Origin: an uncultured Gemmatimonadota bacterium
GTDB lineage: Bacteria; SM23-81
NCBI GenBank assembly: GCA_964584035.1
Contig: CAZOYL010000022.1
Coordinates: 1 to 28,703 of the forward strand
Length of the DNA: 28,703 nt
Reading direction: 5' to 3'
Shown one piece after another: positions 26,846 through 28,703 of this stretch. The notes beneath the pieces were generated by a model, which saw only the letters and a list, made by a program, of their open reading frames with translations, made no database searches and was not told the DNA's origin. How positions within the stretch are numbered: position 1 is the stretch's first letter; the number at the start of each line of letters is the position of its first letter. A program made the translations under genes and the position numbers.

Positions 26846-26916
26846 ATGGGTCCTCCTTGATGAACTGTTTTTTGTGCTCAGGATCCGAGAGCCGAGTCCC
26901 GGAAAACCAGAACAAA

Positions 26917-27321
26917 TCAAACCTGTTTAGCTTTCATCAATCTCCAGGCCAGGACCAGCGCCAGAATATTCACCGGCATCTGGAACAGCCACAGGTTCCA
27001 GATGTTGGCCCAGGAGGTCAGATAGCCCCGGCCGAGGTAGTGCAGCGGCACGAACAGGGTGGGGGTCCACAGCAGGGCCAGCAGCCAGGTCCCGGCCGGC
27101 TCCGAGATTGCTCGGAGGGAGAGTCTCTGCCGGGACCATTGCTCGGCCAGCAGGCTCCACAGAACAAAGGACAGCACGGCGATCAGGGCTGCGACCGGAA
27201 TCTGCACGGCCCGCTGCGGGGCCGGACGGGCCAGGGTGTATATGCCGAAGCCGGCCAGGACGGCCCCGATATCGATCAGCGACAGGGCCAGGCTATTAAG
27301 CAGCAGGCGTATTGTCTTCAT
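26917..27321 (-). CDS. Hypothetical integral membrane protein (~4 TM segments)
   Basis: 134 aa with four hydrophobic segments. Co-oriented with its neighbours. Confidence 0.75.
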   Translation of the reverse strand: MKTIRLLLNSLALSLIDIGAVLAGFGIYTLARPAPQRAVQIPVAALIAVLSFVLWSLLAEQWSRQRLSLRAISEPAGTWLLALLWTPTLFVPLHYLGRGYLTSWANIWNLWLFQMPVNILALVLAWRLMKAKQV

Positions 27322-27378
27322 CGGTAAAGGGATCGAACCAGATAGCGCAGGGTGATCGTTCCTGGGGGATCCTTTCCT

Positions 27379-28572
27379 CTATAAATCTCGATGTGATCTG
27401 TTGCCGAAATAAGATTCCATGCGATCGAAGGCTGTATTGATCTCCTGTTCGGAAACACAGAAGGACAGCCTCAGGTGGCCCTGTCCCGTGGGCCCGAAAG
27501 CGATACCCGGGGTGGTCGACACCCGGGCCTCTCTCAGCAGTCTCTTACAGAAAGCCGTCGAATCGTCCCGGCCTTCCGGCATCACGATTTTGGGGAACAT
27601 CAGATAGGAGCCGCCGGGTGTGTGGTATTCGAAGACCGTGCCGAGATCGTCGAGGCGACGGCACATCAGATCTCGGGCGGACCGGTAATGGGTTTTAAAA
27701 TTCTCCACGCAGTCCTGAGGCCCTTGCAGAGCGGCCAGCGCCGCATATTGTGAGACCACCGGGGCGCAGATGGCAAAAGGAATGTGCGCCTTGGTGATAT
27801 GCGGGATGACGGCTTGCTCGGCGTGCAGATAGCCGATTCTCCAGCCGGTCATGGCATACGTCTTGGTGAAGGTGTAGCAGCTTACCGTACGAGGTCTCAG
27901 CTCGGGAATGGAGGCGATGCTGAAATGCCTATGATCGTCGTAGACAAAGTATTCGTAGGCCTCATCCGTGATGACCATAAGGTTGTTTTCCAGGACCACC
28001 TCGGCCAGCTGGCGGAGCTGTTCTTCGGAAAAGACGCTGCCGGTCGGGTTGGAGGGTGAACAATACAAAATGGCTTTTGTTCGCGGGGTGATGGCTTTTT
28101 TAATGCCCGCCATGTCGAGGATGAATCCCTGTTCCTCGAGGGTGGGGACGAGAACGGGTTTTGCGGAGGCGATGATGACCTGTCGGATATGGGTCGAATA
28201 GGTCGGAGACGGCAGAATCACCTCGTCGCCGGGATCGAGCAAGGCCATCACGGCGGCGGATATTCCTTCGATGGCGCCGACGGTGACCAATATTTCATCC
28301 GCCTCGGCATTGATATTGTTGTCCCGCTTGAGCTTCTTCACGATCTCGCGACGAAGCTCCGGCAGGCCGGCCGCTTCTGAGTATCCCCCCACCCGTCCCT
28401 CTCTGATGGCCGAGATGGCTGCTTCCCTGATATGCTCTGGCGTCCCCGAGGTGGGCTTGGCCCAGGAGAGGAAGGCCACGTCCTCGATCTCTTTGGACAA
28501 TCTGGTCATTTCGTGGATGGCGGATTTTTCAATATGCAAGATTCTGTCGGATAATCTCGGAGTGCCTTTCAT
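27379..28572 (-). CDS. PLP-dependent class I/II aminotransferase (AspC/AspB-like)
   Basis: 'SPSNPTG', 'DEAYE', 'TFTKTYAMTGWRIG' (PLP Lys), 'PGIAFG..G..HLRLSF'. Confidence 0.93.
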   Translation of the reverse strand: MKGTPRLSDRILHIEKSAIHEMTRLSKEIEDVAFLSWAKPTSGTPEHIREAAISAIREGRVGGYSEAAGLPELRREIVKKLKRDNNINAEADEILVTVGAIEGISAAVMALLDPGDEVILPSPTYSTHIRQVIIASAKPVLVPTLEEQGFILDMAGIKKAITPRTKAILYCSPSNPTGSVFSEEQLRQLAEVVLENNLMVITDEAYEYFVYDDHRHFSIASIPELRPRTVSCYTFTKTYAMTGWRIGYLHAEQAVIPHITKAHIPFAICAPVVSQYAALAALQGPQDCVENFKTHYRSARDLMCRRLDDLGTVFEYHTPGGSYLMFPKIVMPEGRDDSTAFCKRLLREARVSTTPGIAFGPTGQGHLRLSFCVSEQEINTAFDRMESYFGNRSHRDL

Positions 28573-28635
28573 TCCGTACCTTTCTTTCGCGTCGTCTGTA
28601 TCTTCGGGGTTCTGTATTCTTCCGGCGATTCCCTC

Positions 28636-28703
28636 TCATTCCATGTACGAATCGATGACCCGCCAGGTGATCCGGCCGCCCCGGGCGACGCCGTATTCCA
28701 GCA
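28636..28703 (-). CDS. 3' end of a gene entering from beyond the window
   Basis: Open frame ...LEYGVARGGRITWRVIDSYME* with GC3-rich codons. Too short to identify. Confidence 0.4.
   Translation of the reverse strand, partial: LEYGVARGGRITWRVIDSYME

Overview
High-GC bacterial chromosomal window. The FlgD-Ig/'QNYPNPFN' secretion tail and anaerobe-type gene content suggest an FCB-group or related uncultured anaerobe; this taxonomy is inference. The window has four blocks. (1) 1-1300: an intact integron integrase (intI, - strand) with a consensus sigma70 promoter and a candidate attI site followed by no visible cassettes. (2) 1542-11757: a - strand run of genes encoding an M1 aminopeptidase, a MazG-like protein, a VOC protein, an esterase, an SGNH hydrolase, ComB, a TPR protein, a GNAT, a hypothetical protein and GdhA. 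(3) 12104-24476: a + strand locus led by a PAS-type sigma54 activator, with a clear -24/-12 promoter and matching palindromic enhancer sites. It precedes 16 genes: four NifB/NifX-type domains, four 'MPxxDxTGPxGxGPxTG' (DUF5320-like) Gly/Arg-rich modules, a DUF89 phosphatase, an IscU/NifU-like scaffold, two FmdB zinc ribbons, an MBL hydrolase, two ferredoxin-containing MinD-like ATPases, a methyltransferase, an Mrp/ApbC-NifX fusion and a radical SAM enzyme. No nitrogenase gene and no cysteine desulfurase lie in this operon. This orphan metallocluster-handling operon is the best candidate for an uncharacterised system. (4) 24497-28703: - strand genes for a secreted SBBP beta-propeller protein with a duplicated unknown C-terminal domain, a membrane protein and a PLP aminotransferase. 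All calls come from reading motifs by eye; no database searches were run.
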